Shown here: piece after piece, positions 10,611 through 22,625 of the stretch
How positions within the stretch are numbered: position 1 is the stretch's first letter
Layout of the letters: each line of letters starts with the position of its first letter
From: Leucoraja ocellata
Lineage: Eukaryota
Direction: 5' to 3'
Assembly (NCBI GenBank): GCA_036785375.1
Contig: JAWMAR010000531.1
Span: 868,001-932,000 of the forward strand
DNA length: 64,000 nucleotides
Translations under genes and position numbers: made by a program
Notes under the pieces: model-generated
What the model was told of the DNA's origin: nothing
What the model saw: the letters and a program-made list of their open reading frames with translations, nothing else
Database searches by the model: none

Positions 10611-13600
10611 ATGGCTGTATGGGTTTGGGTTCTCGCCTTGGTGACCTGTTTCCACTGTGAGTAGAGCGCAGAATAATTAATGCTGTATCGTTTTACATTC
10701 TGCTGTGTTTTTTTTTCTAATGGTTCTGTATATTTATCTGTTATTTCTATCAGCTATAAACGCGGAGACTACCTTGACTCAGCGCCCGGCTATATCACAA
10801 TCGCCGGGAACAACCGTGAAAATCACCTGTACACTGTCAGGGGGCAGCATAAGTAGCTTCTACACGAGCTGGTACTGGCAGAAGCCGGACAGCAGCCCTG
10901 TCTTGGTGTGGTATCAAACCACCAGAGGCACCGGAATTCCAGACCGATTCACGGGATCCGTGGTCTCATCCACGAACCAAATGCATTTAACCATCACCAA
11001 CGTGCAATCGGAGGACGCGGCCGATTATTACTGTGATGTGTGTGCCCATGGTACCTACATAACCACATTCGGGAAAGGAACCAGACTGAATCTAAGCAGT
11101 AAGTAAAGTATTCACGGTGTGAAACAACAAATCGTTGAACTTGGGTTTTGCTTTCCATCACAAATCCTCGGTAGAAATATCCTATTAGACCTAAGTAGAA
11201 CACAACGGGTCAGCCAGCATCTCCGGTAGACGTATAGATGGGCAATGTTTCGTGTCGGAATCTTTGCGAGACTTTCCCGAACGGAAATATCATCTTTCTT
11301 TGTCCTCCAGAGATGCTGTCTGATCCGCTGGATTACTTCAGCACTTTGTGTTGTACTCAAGATGCCAACATTCGCGGTTCCCTGTTTCTCCTACGTGAAC
11401 TTGTTTTTTTTTTTTAATAATCCTTTACCTCCATCCCTACAACACTCCGGGAAATCTGCGCTCATCTATCCGTGGCTACTTGATCATCGTGGAATTTAAC
11501 GCCTTCACAGACTGGCAGCTGTGCTTCAAATGCGAAGTTGTTAAATTCTGTAATGATCTGAAAGTCTATTTCCCACTTTCTTCCCTGATGTTCACGAAAC
11601 CTGCTCCTATAACAGGAATACTGATTCTCTGATTTGAAGTATCCTCAAGTGGCGGGTTTCATATGAGACTGCTGCTATTGGTCACTTTGCTTCAATATAA
11701 GCGGAATGCAAACCAAAACTGTTGCCGTTACTTGAACAAATGTTCGGGAAATTATGAGATTTCATTAACTTACAGTATATTGTGGACACGGATAATACCA
11801 ACTCTGAGAGTGGGCCAAATAGAATCATTGGAAACATCCAAAGGAAAGTTAATAAACATTTGGCAAGGGATGTCGGTGAATTTAAATGGGATATTTTTGG
11901 AATTGCAAATACCCATTAGGGCAAATTGCGCGAAGTTGATTTCTGATCGTTTTAATGATACCATGAGGGTGAAGTGGCGTTTAGACAGGTTTACACGCGC
12001 TCCCTACAACAGCGCTAAAACTAATTGTCAGGGAAAAGGTTAAAACCAAAATTTAAACGCTTCGCACGGCAGCATTTCAATTCCCTTTGCGCGAAAGCGT
12101 GGAGGATTGTTGCAAGTCTGATTCAGCTCCGAAATTAGAAACAAGAGCAGAACCGGATTCTGGTTCATTCCTCGTTCAGCGAGCCATTGCCACCTTAGCT
12201 GATCACATTTGTGTGGATATGCCGTCAGACTCTTTGTACCCTTGACTCTTGTAGAACCTGCAAGGGATTTTGATGCTGGTTCTCCGATTGCCATCGAGTG
12301 TATGATATAGCAGAAAACGCAGACTGTTCATTATGCTGTTAAACATGATCCCTCTGAGTGTTGATTTTTTTATGGGCAGGCAGTTGGTAGACCGACATGT
12401 CAAAAAAGCTTCAAGGAGCGAGACATAATTTTGCCATTTTCGTATAAATTAATGCAGAAATGGGCACACGTGTATACGAGGTTATTGCTGAATTGCCTTG
12501 AATCGTACGATTGGAAGGAAATAGTACAGCGTCTTTAAATTCAGCATTAGCTTGAAATGTTTTTTAAAGTCCGAATATGTTGGATGTTAAACCCAGAGCT
12601 GTCTGGACATGTGTCAGAAGGAATTTGAATCTGACCAAAACATTTCTTTAGTTTTATCTTTCATTTTTCTGACCGCCACCATCATTGAATCATGGACTTT
12701 CTGGACGATGTGGAAGATTCACTAATAAGTAACATTCTAAAGACTGTTCCGGGATAGAATTGGGATTACTATTTAAACAAGCATTAATTTGGAAATGCTG
12801 CTCATTCTGCCAGGATGAGTTGTATTTACATTTTTCTGCCCGTTTCCATGATCTGTAGAAAATCGTATGTTATATGTTTTACCAAACCTCGGATATACCC
12901 CCATAAAAATTAACTTATCATGATTCTGCTGTATAAAATGAGGTTTATAAATGAACGGTAGTTGTAAAGCCAGTGCAGTACACGGCCATAGAGCCACTGA
13001 GTTATGCAGCGGTGGAACAGTCCTTCAGTCCACCTATTTCATGCCGACCGGGTTGCCCTACTTGAGCTGGTCCCATTTGCGCGTGTCAGGCCCATATCTC
13101 TTTGAACCTTTCTTATCCAAGTATTAATTCAAATGTTTATTTGAATGGTGTTATTGTACCAGCCTCATCAACTTCTCTGGGGAACTCATTCCATGGGGTC
13201 AACGCGTTATGTGTACAAATGTTGCCCTGAACCTAAACCCACTAATTCTTCATTCTCCTACTACGGGGAAAAGACTCCATGCGCTAACCCTATGTATTCC
13301 CCTCGCGATTTTGTAACCGCCATGCGATCACCCTAAGGTCTTCTACACTCCAAGGACTAACGTCCTCGCATATCCAACCTATGCCTATAGTTCAGGCGTT
13401 CGAAACCTGGCACCGTCGGCATATATCTTGCCTGGAGTCATTCCAGCTGAATCGATTCTGACTTTTCAATCAACTGATAAATAATTCATTTGTATTTATT
13501 TCAATTCTTTATTTCCAGGTCCGCGCTCCCCCACCGTTTCCATTCTGGCGCCATCAATGGGTGAAGTCACCGCAAAAAGTACCGCCACCCTGGTGTGTTT

Positions 13601-13841
13601 GGTGAGCGGGTTCAACCCGGGCGTTGTGGACATTAAGTGGACCGTGGACGGCAGTGCGAGAAGTGACGGCGCTGCGACCAGCCGGGTCCAGCAGGAGAAT
13701 GGCAACTCGTTCAGTGCGAGCAGTTACCTGACTCTGCCAGCCGCCTACTGGAACTCACACGAGCTTTACTCCTGTGTGGTTAAACACGACACCCAGGCAA
13801 CCCCGATTAAGGCCAACATCGCCAGATCCAGTTGCCTCTAA
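10611..13841 (+). CDS. IGL: Immunoglobulin light chain G1 (lambda / elasmobranch type II), germline-joined VJ cluster. Exons: leader 10611-10656, L2+VJ 10754-11098, C 13519-13841
   Basis: Spliced by hand: MAVWVWVLALVTCFH-S-INA/ETTLTQ...KITC...WYWQKP...DAADYYC-DVCAHGTYITT-FGKGTRLNLS-S-PRSPTVSILAPS...ATLVCLVSGF...KW...YSCVVKH...RSSCL*. Both introns are GT-AG and phase 1. V and C1 domains have canonical Cys/Trp, and there is a penultimate Cys for the H-L bond. Isotype assigned from recalled motifs (WYWQKP, GIPDRF, MHLTITNVQSEDAADYYC). Confidence 0.95.
11197..11352. repeat. Decayed inverted (palindromic) pair of the same Penelope-like repeat, ~100 bp into the J-C intron of all four genes
   Basis: Left arm (cgggtcagccagcatctccgg) is the reverse complement of the right arm (ccagagatgctgtctgatccg). 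Confidence 0.55.
12985..13400 (-). mobile_element. Highly decayed CR1-like 3' fragment in the J-C intron (all four genes)
   Basis: catagag...ggaacagtccttcagtcca...ggtcccatttg...ggcccatatctct, resembling the reverse complement of the CR1 end at ~950-1050. Confidence 0.5.
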
Positions 13842-14020
13842 TTCAAAGGATCAAATTCCCAATTTGCTCCATTTCTTTGTAAATTAATCCAATATTCAGA
13901 TATGGAATGTTCGCTTTAACAGGGTATTTGTTCAAACACAGCACGTGTGCATTTTGTTGCCGTAAATGCGCTGTTGGTATTTTACGATGAACTGAAAACC
14001 GATAATGTAACATTTAATGC

Positions 14021-14026
14021 AATAAA
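14021..14026 (+). terminator. Poly(A) signal of G1
   Basis: AATAAA 180 nt after the stop codon, conserved in all copies; a second AATAAA follows 70 nt later. Confidence 0.75.
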
Positions 14027-15740
14027 ACAGATTATTCTACTTACGATGCCTCGTTGTAATTTTCTGTGCAAATGTCCTTGCCTTCAATAGAATAAAAACA
14101 ATAATGTCCGATGATGCCAGTGTGTAGAAACTGGTATTTTGTGAAACTTTGTTATATTTCAAATAAACTGCGGTTTCATGATTGATCGTAGATCCATGTG
14201 TTAGGACAGTTGAAGGGACCGCTTGCACATACCCCCCCCCCCCCCCCAGATTGAAGATATTAGGTGCAAACCAGTGGGGCGGGGGGGGGGGGGGGGGGGG
14301 TGGTTGAAGGGGGGATTCGCAACCACAATTAACCGGAGTAAAAGTAGTTACTTCGCGATTCCCAGAAATGGGATAAACAGCTTTCGGGACATGGCAACTG
14401 CTTGGATGTTCTTCTCTGGGAATAAAAAAAGCATGTTTAACAGGGGGAATAAATTGTGCAAATCTGGGGGAAATCTGCTTCCGATGTGAGTGTCCTATCT
14501 GGAGAGATTCTCTACTACGATGTCAGTTTCCAGTAGTACAATAACAGGTTCGGGACGTGTGCTGTCTATTTTTATCCCATCCCTTCCTCCACGGTTATCA
14601 TTCACTCCCTTCCCCCCTTATTTTGTGGCTGATTTCATTTCTTGTTCCTTTTCACCCACAGCCTTTGCCAATTAACCCCCCGCCCCATCTGCTAATCAAC
14701 CCCCTCTCACATGTATCCACCGATCTATCACTTGGCCAGCTGTATCGCACCTCATATCTATTTTACACATTTACCTCCTCTGTTCCAGGGGCACGGCCTG
14801 AAATGATGCCTCGCCTTTCTAATCAGCTGTTGCCTGACCCGTCAAGTCATGTGGAGTCCAATGGCGAAGTCTTGTTTTGCTCGATTTGTACGGTATTATG
14901 ACCACCTCTCTGATCGAATTTACCTCTTCAATCCACTTCTTGTCAGACTTTTCCATGATCTACATTGATATCCTACACCCAGTTGCAAGTCGAACATATC
15001 CATGCTTTGTCCCCATTTTCCTACCTCCGCGAGGCTTCCTTTACTTTTGATGGGCGACGGGTATTTTGGAAATACTGGTCAGCGTTTAGTGTTTCATCAA
15101 CGCAGTATTCCTCAACCTCCATACGAGCTTGGATATTTGGCCCAGTAAGCTCCACGGCGCCACGTGGTTTATTTACAAGAGGTAGTTCAAACAGGTACTA
15201 TAACAACATTTAATAAACATTTGGACAGGTACATTGTTTAGAGGGACACGGGCCACCGCGGGCAGGTGGGACTTGTTGGGCCGAAGGGCATTTTCCTACT
15301 GAATAACTCATAGTGATACTTTTTTTAAATGAAAATAGGTGCAGGAGTAGGCCATTCGGCCCTTCGAGCCTGCACCGCCTTTCAATATGATCACGGCTGA
15401 TACATGCTTACAGCAGAAATGATCGGGACCTGTACAAAAAGAAGCCCAGTTGGCAGGGGAATGCGGGGGCTGGTGGGCAGGAGAACTCATCTCTGTACCG
15501 TAAAATAAAGTTGTCTGGCTGCTCACAATAACACAAGATGTAGCTTCGAGTAAATGTTCATCCTGCATGAAGTGGCGCTGCATTCGACGATGTTCTGTGG
15601 TCCCTGCAGTTATCTTGCTCTTAGATGCTGAATCAATCCAAAAATATTGACATAATCTGCAGCACCTTTGGTATATTTACAGTTCTTGTCATTTATGGGG
15701 AGGCAAATGTAAACTGCTTGATGTGAAAATGCTGGTAATG

Positions 15741-17098
15741 TCCAAGATGCAATTCGGTGCATTAAAACAATATATCAGGAGCCTACAGCTAGGATTAAGG
15801 TAAATGGAAACATATCAAAACGGATCCAGTTAGAGAGGGGCACAAGGCAAGGATGCTGTCTTTCTCCTACTCTCTTCGTTTTGTATATTGAACCCTTAGC
15901 ACAAGCAATAAGGCAGAGAGAAGACCTGCAGGGGGTCAAAATAGGGGGGAAAGAACATATCATTGGTCTTTTCGCTGATGATATCATTATTTTTCTTGAA
16001 CGACCAGATATATGTCTGCCAAATGTAATGAACCTATTTGAAACAAATGGATGCTACTCATGGTATAATGTGGCAGTATAATGTGGATAAATGTGAGGTT
16101 ATCCATTTTGGTGGCAAAAACGGGAAAGCAGACTATTATCTAAATGGTGGCCGATTGGGAAAGGGGGAGGTGCAGCGAGACCTGGGTGTCATGGTACACC
16201 GGTCATTGAAGGTAGGCATGCAGGTGCAGCAGGCAGTAAAGAAAGCGAATGGTACGTTAGCTTTCATTGCAAAAGGATTTGAGTATAGGAGCAGGGAGGT
16301 TCTACTGCAGTTGTACAGGGTCTTGGTGAGACCACACCTGGAGTATTGCGTACAGTTTTGGTCTCCAAATCTGGGATACGGGATAAAATGATTTCTAGAT
16401 TCATTTGGAATAGCAAAAAAACAAGAATAAAACTAACAACACTTCAACTGCCGAAAAGCAAGGGTGGAATGGCTTTACCAAACCTGAGGAAATACTTTTA
16501 TGTAGCTCAACTCAGACCTCTGTTGGTGTAGACCTGATTATGAATCTCGATGGAAAGAAATTGAAAGGGAGATACAGGGTTACCAGATCCAGACTTTGGT
16601 GGGACACTAATATCTGAGAGGGGCTTTGAGACACGCTATGGACCACATAGTAGCATTTACGCTAGAAATATGTAATGTTATAGTGGAAAAATACAAATTA
16701 AAAAGAGGGGTTCACGCATTGAAGTGGTTCGCATATGACTCAAAGTTTAACCAGGGGTGTTTGATTCAAAATTCAAAGAATGGGCACAAAAAGGCATAAT
16801 GGCAATGTATACAGTTTCAGAAAATGGCGAGTTTATGAGCTTCCAAGATTTAAAGTCAAAGTCTGGTCTCGAAAACAAAGATTTTTTTAGAAACTTGTAA
16901 TTAAGAGACTACTTTACAAAAGAGATAAGGCCAGAACTAGATGAAACTTCAAATAATGTGATCAAGGTGATTGTGGATGCATACAAACAGAAGGGGTCTC
17001 GGGTCAACTCTGCTTTCTACCAAGCTCTGATGGGAAGCGGGGGAGAATCAACGCTCTACATAAAAACAAAATAGGAAGCAGAATTAAAGATTCAGATA

Positions 17099-17176
<78 letters not shown>

Positions 17177-18440
17177 GTTTATTTATATAGCACATTTATA
17201 GTCAATTTTCATTGACCCCAAAGTGCTTTACATAATTTAAAAATCAGTTCCATACAAAGCATAAAGATGGGTTAACAAAATAATAAAATGCATAAACAGG
17301 ACACAACATGTAACATAAACATCCACCACAGCATTCATCACTGTGGTGGAAGGCACAAAAAATTTTGGCCGTCCTCTTCCATTCCCCCCCCCCCCCCCCC
17401 CCCCCCCCGTGTACAAGACCAGAGTCCAGAGTCCATTCCAGGATCGGTCTTTCCTCACCGGAGACCGCGGCTTCAAGATTGTGTAGGCCGCAGGCCGGCG
17501 GTTGAGATTTAAAGTCCCCGCCGCAGCCAGAAGCACCGTAGACTGCAGGGCCGGCGGTCGAAGCTCCCCTCCAGGGGTGATGGTAAGTCCATGCCGGGCC
17601 CGCGGTAGAAGTTATCCGTGGGCCAGCAATGGCGGCTTCTTCTTCCCCCATAAGAAGAATGGTATCAAATGTGTGAAACACAATGTCCTTCCACAAGCAC
17701 ACTAGTATGGAAAGAGTTTTGCTGGAAGAATCTATCTCGCTTTTTTTTATAAGCAGCAAACTCGCTGTCCAACAACACTGTTTGAGGCTGTGTGGGAGTA
17801 CGGAGGCAGACCACTCGCATATTTTCTGGAACTGTGTAAAGATAAGGCCATACTGGGAAAATGTTAATGCAGCTGTAAAAAATATCTTGGGTTATAAAAT
17901 CCCAAATACCTGCCATGTGATGTATCTGGGGCGTATTAAAGATATTGTAAAAATAAAAGATACATATTTGATTAAAGTTTTGCTTGCAGCAAGTAAGAAG
18001 GCCATTACCAGGCAGTGGCTTAATGAAAAAGTCCAAAACAGGAACAGTGGTTAGAAATTGTGCGAGACATCTTTAATATGGAGAAATTGACATATTCCTT
18101 GAGAGTCAAGGAAAATTCATTTGAGAAGATCTGGGAATAATGGACCATTTATTTGAGCCATGACACCAATTAGATAAATGCCGAGCTAGATATGGGAAGA
18201 TTGCGTTATATAAAACTAGATGGTATGTTTGTATGAATATTGAATTATCTCCAGATAACTAATCAATGTAGTGTTTTTGCTTTTTTTAAGTTGGTAAAGT
18301 GAACCACACGGTCTTATTCCAATTTTTTTTTTAATTTACTTCTTTTATTTCTCCTATCTACTTATTTTTTTATTTTGATTGTTGTTTTTCTTACTTTGTT
18401 TTATTTATGGTGATGGTGTTGCACGGTTTTGTATATATCT
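15741..18440 (+). mobile_element. Decayed L1/Tx1-clade LINE, U2 copy
   Basis: [14 protein letters not shown]...IEPLA...[10 protein letters not shown] motifs plus the C-terminal Cys motif. Confidence 0.85.
16069..16379 (+). mobile_element. Internal CR1-like RT fragment replacing part of the L1 (U2)
   Basis: [13 protein letters not shown]...RDLGV...KKANG.LAFI...LYRVLVRPHLEYCVQFWSP, typical of CR1 ORF2; absent from U1 and U4. Confidence 0.85.
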
Positions 18441-21400
18441 CTTAAGAAACAAAGAAAATAAGTTGACCATTTGACCGCGTGGGCAGAAGATACTGATGCA
18501 GTCTCCGATTATAACGGTAGATGGCGCTGCCGTACCTTACATCTGTGATGAAGCTCAACGCGGCCAATTCTGAAATGGGTCAAACGCAATATTGTGTCTG
18601 AGGTCACGTACAGGCCAGACCAGCAATAATTGGATTATTTTCCCCTTGAAGGATATATTTGGGATCCAGTTGTTTTGTAATAATCAATCATACAAACTGA
18701 TGTTTCTTTTGAAATATTCCAGACACTTAACATAATTTAGATTCCACACCTTCCCTGTTGAAATATGTCTGGATATGTGGTCAAGGCCTTTGCGTGATGT
18801 GATTTCGGTTTGAAACCATTGCTTATCTTCACTTCCTTCACCTTTGCAGGGAGCGAATAGGAGGAATCTTTCACTGCATAAAAATATTCTTCTTTCACAG
18901 TTTTCCGATTCAGCCACGGTTTAACCAAAGCTTGAGAGGTAACCTCTCCGCTTACTCGATACTTCATTCTTTGAAACCTCACATATATCACAGGTTTTTG
19001 CTCACTACTCTGTCATATGCTGAGATAATAGAGCAGCTGGGCTTGTGCACTCTGAAGGATGAGAGGATATCTCATTGAAACATATACGATTGTTAAGGGT
19101 TTGGACACGCTAGAGGCAAAAAATATGTTCCCGATGTTGGAGGAATCCAGAACCAGGGACCACAGTTTAAGAATAAGGACTAAGCCATTTAGAACGGAGA
19201 CGAGGAAATACTTTTTCTCATAGAGAGTGGTGAGTGTGGAATTCTCTGCCTCAGAGGGCAGTGGAGGCAGGTTCTCTGGATGCTTTCAAGTGAGAACTAG
19301 ATAGGGCTCTTAAAAATAGCGGAGTCAGGGGATATGGGGAGAGGGTGGGAATGGGGTACTGATTGGGGATGATCAGCCATTGAATGGCGGTGCTGGCGCG
19401 AAGGGCCGAATGGCCTCATCCTGCACCAATTGTCTGTAGTCTATTGTCTACTCTCGCGATATATCTTTCTACCTTGGCAGATGTGTGCTCATGAACACCA
19501 AGTCCCTCGGTCCCTGCGAACTTTGAACCCACATTGCCTCCCCCTCTGCCCCTCCCCTCCACACACGAGGCAAACTATACAAGCTCATACTTCTCTGTGA
19601 TAGGTTTCATCCATCATTTACCTACTCATTCTCCTGTCATATTGAAGTTTGAAGTGCTCGCTGAATACTCTCTCTCCCTCTCCTGCGTGTAAGCCGCTAT
19701 TCCATCATGATTGTTGATGCGAATATATTGCTATTGGTACAGAACATAACTAGTTATGGGGATAGTGGAGAATTAAATCATTGGCCAGAATGCTCGTGCA
19801 TACTGAATGTGAATAATGGGAATGTTACCTCCGGGAGAGACTTTAATATTTTTTTTGGACAAACATGAAGACAGTTGCAAACAGGATTTTGTACATTTTA
19901 GTGGGTTTTGGTCCCAGGATTTTAGCCTCAGGTTTTCCATCTATCCAATTTGCCAAGGTGTTGAGTGTCAATGAAAGTCATAAAGATTTAAACAACGACG
20001 CATGACATAAATAACTGAACATTGTTCTCTTAAAAGAAACAAACAGAAAATCCAATTACAACTCATTTTAAACCGAGAACTCTTGTTTGCAGAAACATCG
20101 CAGACACGTGGACTGTGAGGCATTGAAATAGAGGCATTGACGCTCCTTCGCGGATGCAGTTGTTTGCTGGACCCGGGACACGTCATCCACAATGTTAATG
20201 CTTAGAATTTAAAGCTGCTAACTCTCTCCACCACTGCTCCATCAATAACTAACTGGCCTGAGGTCCCCGGACTTCCTCTTTCTGAAGTCAGCGACCAGTT
20301 CGGTCTTGTTGCTTTGGAGCGAAAGATTGTTGTTCTGACACCACTCAACCAAGTGTTCCGTCTCTCTTCTCTATGTTGACGCAGCACCATCAGTGATTCA
20401 TCCAAACAGAATGGTGTTGGGGGTGGATCAATAGATGACTTTGGAGCTGTGGGTGTAAAGGAAGTAGAACAGGATGTAAAGAGCGCAGCCTTGAGATGCA
20501 CTGTGTTGCTGGTCAATGGGGAGGAGATGATGTTCCCCATCCGCAATCGGTCACTTGAAGCTAATTCACCAAACAGTAAAATAGTGACTAATCTGATTGT
20601 AACCACTGAACTGTAGTCCCATCCACCTTGTTTATTAGGAATATGTCTGCCTTTGGAAAAAAATAAAGACTGCTTCTACCACATTTTCAGAAACGTAATT
20701 GATGAGGCTTTCTCCATTCTGAGAGATGTGTTTTGTTTCTTCACTTTTTGAAGTAGGTATTTATTTTTTGTGTTACCGGTGACGTTTAGTTTTAGATTAT
20801 CCCAGACGAATTGTCCTCTCCCTTCACATGCTGTTAAGACCCCGCATAATCACCTGTGCTTCAATTAAAGCAACTCTCATGCTTCTAACTGTCGAGCAAT
20901 TCCTCATAAGTCTATTAGTAACCATTTTCTGAATTGCTTCAAAGGCATTTACATTTCAATACTCTGCTCGATTATGCGATGAAGTATAACTGAAACACTA
21001 AGACCCTTTCTCTTTTGTATTCGGTTTTTCTGGCGTTAGATGCAAACACTGCTACCTTTCCTAGGTAGTTGTTGTACCTCTTTCTAGCCTGTGGCGAATC
21101 CTCACCAACAAATCGAAATAATTCTGCATCTCAAAACACTGAAAATTGTCAAAATGTAAATATGAAGGGCCTCGACCCGAAACGTTAACCATACCTTCTC
21201 TCCAGAGATGCTGCCTGTCCCTCTGAGTTACCCCAACTTTTTGTGTCTATATTGTAAAGAACATTCTTTTGTATCACTTATCCTGCCAAAATTGACATTT
21301 CACATGTTCCCACATCCCGCATTTACCAGGCCTTTGCCCATTCACTGGAACTATCCACATCCACGGTGGCCTTGTTTTGTTCTTCATGTCATTAACAAAT

Positions 21401-21569
21401 TCAACAGCCAACATTTTTTTTAGCATTTTTGGAAATTGTGGCTGCAGCAGTGATCTATGAGGCACATCAGTTTTTGCATCTTTCCAACCCGAATTTTCCC
21501 TATTTATGCGTGATCTATGTTTCAAACGAATCGCCCAATGTTCTTTTCTTAACCATAAATACCAAGACT

Positions 21570-22625
21570 CGTAGAAAATAGGTGCAGGAGTAGGCTATTC
21601 GGCCCTTCGAGCAGCACCGCCCTTCAACATGATCATGGCTGATCATCAAAAATCGATATCCCGTTCCTGCTTTCTCCCCATATCCCGTGGTTTCATCAGC
21701 CCTAAAAGCTGTATCTAACTCTCTGTTGAATACAACCAGTGATTTGGCCTCCACTGCCTTCTGTGGCAGAAAATTCCACAGATTCACAACTCTCTGCGTA
21801 AAAAAAGTGTTTCCGCATCTCTGTCCTAAATGGCCTACCATTTTTTTAAACTAGGACGCCTGGTTCTGGATTCCCCCATCATCGGGACCATTTTACATGC
21901 ATCTAGTGTATCCAATCCCTTAAGAATGTTATATGTTTCTATAAGAACCCCTCTCATCCAAAATTCCAGTGCATATAAGCCCACTCGATCATATGTCAGT
22001 TCCACCATCTCGGGAATTAATCTGGCGAACCTACGTTGCACTCCCTCAATAGCAAGAATGTCCTTCCTCAAATTTAGAGAACAAAACTGCACACAATACT
22101 CCAGGTGTGGTCTCACTAGGGCCCTGTACCACTGCCGTCGGACCACCTTGTTCTTATACTCAAATCCTCTCGCTATGAAGGCCAACGTGCCATTCGATTT
22201 TCTTCACTGCCGACTGCACCTGCAAGCTTTCTTTCAGTGACTGATGTTCAAGGCCACCCAGTTCTGGTTTCACCTCCGCCTTCCTGTTTTTGCCACCAAA
22301 GTGGATAACCTCACATGTATCTACGTTATACTGCATCTGCCATGCACCTGCCCACTCACCTATCCTATCCAAGTCACCCTGCAGCCTCAGAGCACCCTCC
22401 ATGCTGCTCACACTGTCACCCAGCTTTGTGTGATCAGCAAACTTGGAGATGTTGCATTTAATTCCTTCATCTTAATCGTTAATATATATTGTTAATAACT
22501 GAGGTCCCAACATTGAGCCTTGCGGCACTAGTCACTGCCTGTCATTCTGAAAAGGACCCGTTAATTCCTACTCTTTGCTTCCTGTCTGCCATATAGTTCA
22601 CCATCCATGTCAATACCCTACCCCC
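21570..22625 (-). mobile_element. CR1-like LINE (U2)
   Basis: Paralogue of 7015-8105. Confidence 0.85.

Noticed and set aside
10705-10753. Hydrophobic N-terminus (MFFFLMVLYIYLLFLS) of the V ORFs in the ORF track as a signal peptide
   Set aside because: This is the leader intron read through in frame. The true leader is the upstream 46-nt exon with a GT donor.
11663-12043. 126-aa ORF in the J-C intron, recurring in several units
   Set aside because: No recognisable domain, and truncated by a stop in G2. Recurrence is explained by recent duplication.
11440-12700. Intronic Ig enhancer (E-boxes CAGCTG/CACGTG, near-octamer TTGCAAAT, kB-like GGGAAAT)
   Set aside because: Only short or imperfect motifs expected by chance; this cannot be supported without functional or cross-species data.
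13557-13841. C-domain ORF starting at an internal Met as a stand-alone gene
   Set aside because: It is the spliced C exon, which begins at 13519 after a polypyrimidine tract and AG.
10611-13841. T-cell receptor gene or processed (retro) Ig copy
   Set aside because: The octamer promoter, single secretory C exon ending in Cys-Leu-stop and lack of a TM exon indicate IgL. Both introns are retained, so it is not a retrocopy.
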